Assembly: GCA_964016885.1 (NCBI GenBank)
Contig: OZ024743.1
Coordinates: 212,474,001 to 212,538,000, forward strand
DNA length: 64,000 bases
Direction of reading: 5' to 3'
Source of the DNA: Eledone cirrhosa
Lineage: Eukaryota
This document shows, in pieces, positions 61,601 through 64,000 of the stretch. Every line of letters begins with the position of its first letter. Position 1 is the first letter of the stretch. The notes under the pieces are model-generated. The model was not told where the DNA came from, ran no database searches, and saw nothing but the letters and a program-made list of their open reading frames with translations. Made by a program: the position numbers and the translations under genes.

Positions 61601-64000
61601 GGCGATTCTTGAGCCTAAGCAGATGTCTTTCAAAGGCACTTTGCCCGACTGTTCGGAAGGGGCGGGGAGCCGGTTGGGGATGTGGACTTCGGTCCATACC
61701 TCGACGGCCTGCCGCGTCTCTCGGACAGGGAGGCGAAGTCCTGCGAGGAGCCGATTTCGGCCGCTGAGATAGAGGACGTGCTGAGCCAATGCGTCAAACG
61801 CAAATCCCCGGGTCTCGATGGTCTTCCTTACGAATTATATCTAGCTATGCCGGACTTGTTCCCCGATCTCCTCGAGGCGGTCTACTGCAACTGGCAACAG
61901 AACGGGAGAATTCCCTGTACTGTGACCAAGGGCGTAGTCACGCTAGTGAGGAAGGACGAGAACAAGGGGGACGAAATAAGTAACTTCAGGCCCATAACTC
62001 TGCTAAATACAGAGTTACAGATTTTGGCCAAGATGCTAGCAAAGAGGTTGGCGCTTGTCGTGGGCAACCTGGTGGGAGATGTGCAGACATGCGCTATCCC
62101 GTCCAGGTCCATCCATGACAACCTCCACCTCATGTGATACATCATAGAGAGGGTTGGGAACGAACCTGGCTTTGGTGGGGCTCTGATCAACTTGGATCAA
62201 TCTAAGGCGTTCGATAGGGTCGACCATGGTTACCTGGATGCGGTGCTAGCGGCGGCAGGCTTCGGACCCGTTTTCAGGGGCTGGATGACTGCTATGCACA
62301 GCAGCCGCATCTGCTCTAGGGTCAACGTGAACGGCTACCTCTCGGAGCCGTTCAAAATCGCGCGGTCCATCCAACAAGGGTGCCCTCTCTCCTCCCATCT
62401 GTATGTGTTGACTCTCGAGCCACTATTGCGGAAGTTGGAGTTGTTGCAAGGCATCCCTTTGGAACCGGGATTGCGGAAAGCGGTGTCGGCCTACGTCGAT
62501 GACGTGACAGTAATAGTGTCGACGGCCTCCGAAATCGAGGCGGTCGGCACCTTACTGGAGGAGTACGAAAGGTTCACAGGGGCTAAGCTGAACCGGGACA
62601 AGTCGATCGGTTTGCAACTCGGCACGTGGAGGGGCAGACCGATGCCCTCCGATGGCGTCGTCGGACGCTGGACGGAGGGCCCGGTGAAGTTGCTCGGGGT
62701 CTGGTTCGGACCGGACCTCCAGGTGGAGAAAAACTGGGCGGAGGTTACGAACAGGGTGTTTGCACTGACCCAGAAGTGGGCCAGTTGCATATATCCCTGA
62801 AAGGTCGGGCGGAGGTGGCGAACACCTATATAGCGTCCGTCATCTACTACCGCCTGACCGTAGTGCCCTGCCCAAGGGAAACCCTCGCCAAGATGGAGCG
62901 CGCGCTCTTCCAATTCCTTTGGAAGAGGCGGGCTCCTATGGTGAGGAGATCCATCTGCTGTCAACACCCTTCGAAAGGAGGGCTGGGGATGCCGTGGCTA
63001 ATGATGCGTAAACACGCATTAAGGCTACGGCACATCTACGTATTCCTCACCGGTCAACCGGTGTGGGCCTCGTTTGTGAGACGAACCTTTCCCAGACTCG
63101 TCTCACTCACCGAGCTGCAATCCTGGGTCAAGCAAAGACCGAGAAAACTGGGCGCCTGGCACACTGAGTGTGCCCAGGCGCTCACTGCCCTCTGGCAGGC
63201 GGATCCGGTTATCAGTGGAGACTCCACCGCAACATTCTATAGAGGGCTGGTACGCAGCAGGTGCGACGACGCCCTCAGAGAAGCCCTAGACATGGAGGAG
63301 GACGAACTGGCCAGCCTGTTCAGTAGGACATTCAGCCCGGGACCTATGGACAACTTCCAGAAGTCCCTGGCCTGGCAGTGCTACCGAGGGGCTCTACCCG
63401 TTCGAGAAAAGCTCTACAGACACGGGCGCCCGGGTAGGGACCCCGCCAAAAAGATCTGTCCCAGATGCGTGTGCGACGAGGAAACCGTTGCACACGCATT
63501 GGTACACTGCTCGGGCGTAGCCGATCTGTGGGGCTTGTCGAACAACTGCTGTCAAGGGTGGGACCGATCCGGTTGACCACCGAATCTATTGTAATGATCA
63601 AGCCGCCTCCCCCCTTCAAAGATGAAGGAGAGACGGTGTTTCTGTGCGTAATAGCCATGGTGAAAGAAGTTGTATGGTGGACGCGTCTGAAAGGACTGAG
63701 GTCAAGCACCTTTCTCTCTGGCCAACAACTGGTCCGTTTCTTCCGATATCATTTCGGAAGAAGGATCAGGATGGAGAGAGAGAGGTGGTCCACCCCAGTC
63801 GTTTTTATGAAAGGTGGGTGAAAGTGGCGAGAATGGCCCGTGTGAATGGGCCTTCTCTTTACATAAGCCTGTAGGTGGAAAAGAGGAAGGAACGAGGGAG
63901 CACCGCCTCTCTGTGCTCCTGAGGAGAAGGGTTGCACACTTGTTTCGGGGGTGTGTGCGACCCCCCAAGGCGCCTCCTCTCTATTGAGGATTTTGTTATA
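58679..64000 (+). mobile_element. Near full-length L1/Tx1 LINE (subfamily B), third in the tandem, degenerate
   Basis: 5'UTR gatggacaca; ORF1 from MAEASSP with frameshifts and a ~330-bp deletion near 59523; ORF2 with several stops; 3'UTR runs off the window. Confidence 0.95.

Noticed and set aside
51408-63968. Recurrent antisense and alternate-frame ORFs in the LINE copies
   Set aside because: They recur only because the copies are nearly identical; no recognisable domains.

Overview
Repeat-saturated animal genomic DNA; the SINE, MITE and microsatellite repertoire suggests an octopod cephalopod (inference). The only host gene detected is a + strand reprolysin (M12B, ADAMTS/ADAM-like) metalloprotease, seen as a probable signal-peptide exon plus three phase-compatible exons at 38.0-46.4 kb. 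The rest is mobile DNA: four L1/Tx1-clade LINE copies (three head-to-tail at a (TATC)n site), a CRE-clade RLE retroelement, three Penelope-like elements, RTE fragments, a Helitron, MITEs, SINEs, an LTR, and a 7.2-kb 48/50-bp minisatellite with a ~2.64-kb internal duplication. Two signals are not visible in the ORF track. First, about 15 well-formed type I hammerhead ribozyme motifs from about 12 unrelated sequence families sit in short, often fold-back modules inserted at (TA)n tracts, including a 442-bp perfect palindrome with a hammerhead on each strand. Second, the Tx1-like LINE appears to have a spliceosomal architecture: a 67-nt 5'UTR intron conserved between two subfamilies, and a perfect donor overlapping the ORF1 stop that could remove ORF2 as an intron. 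All structures were read by eye; none was computed or database-checked.
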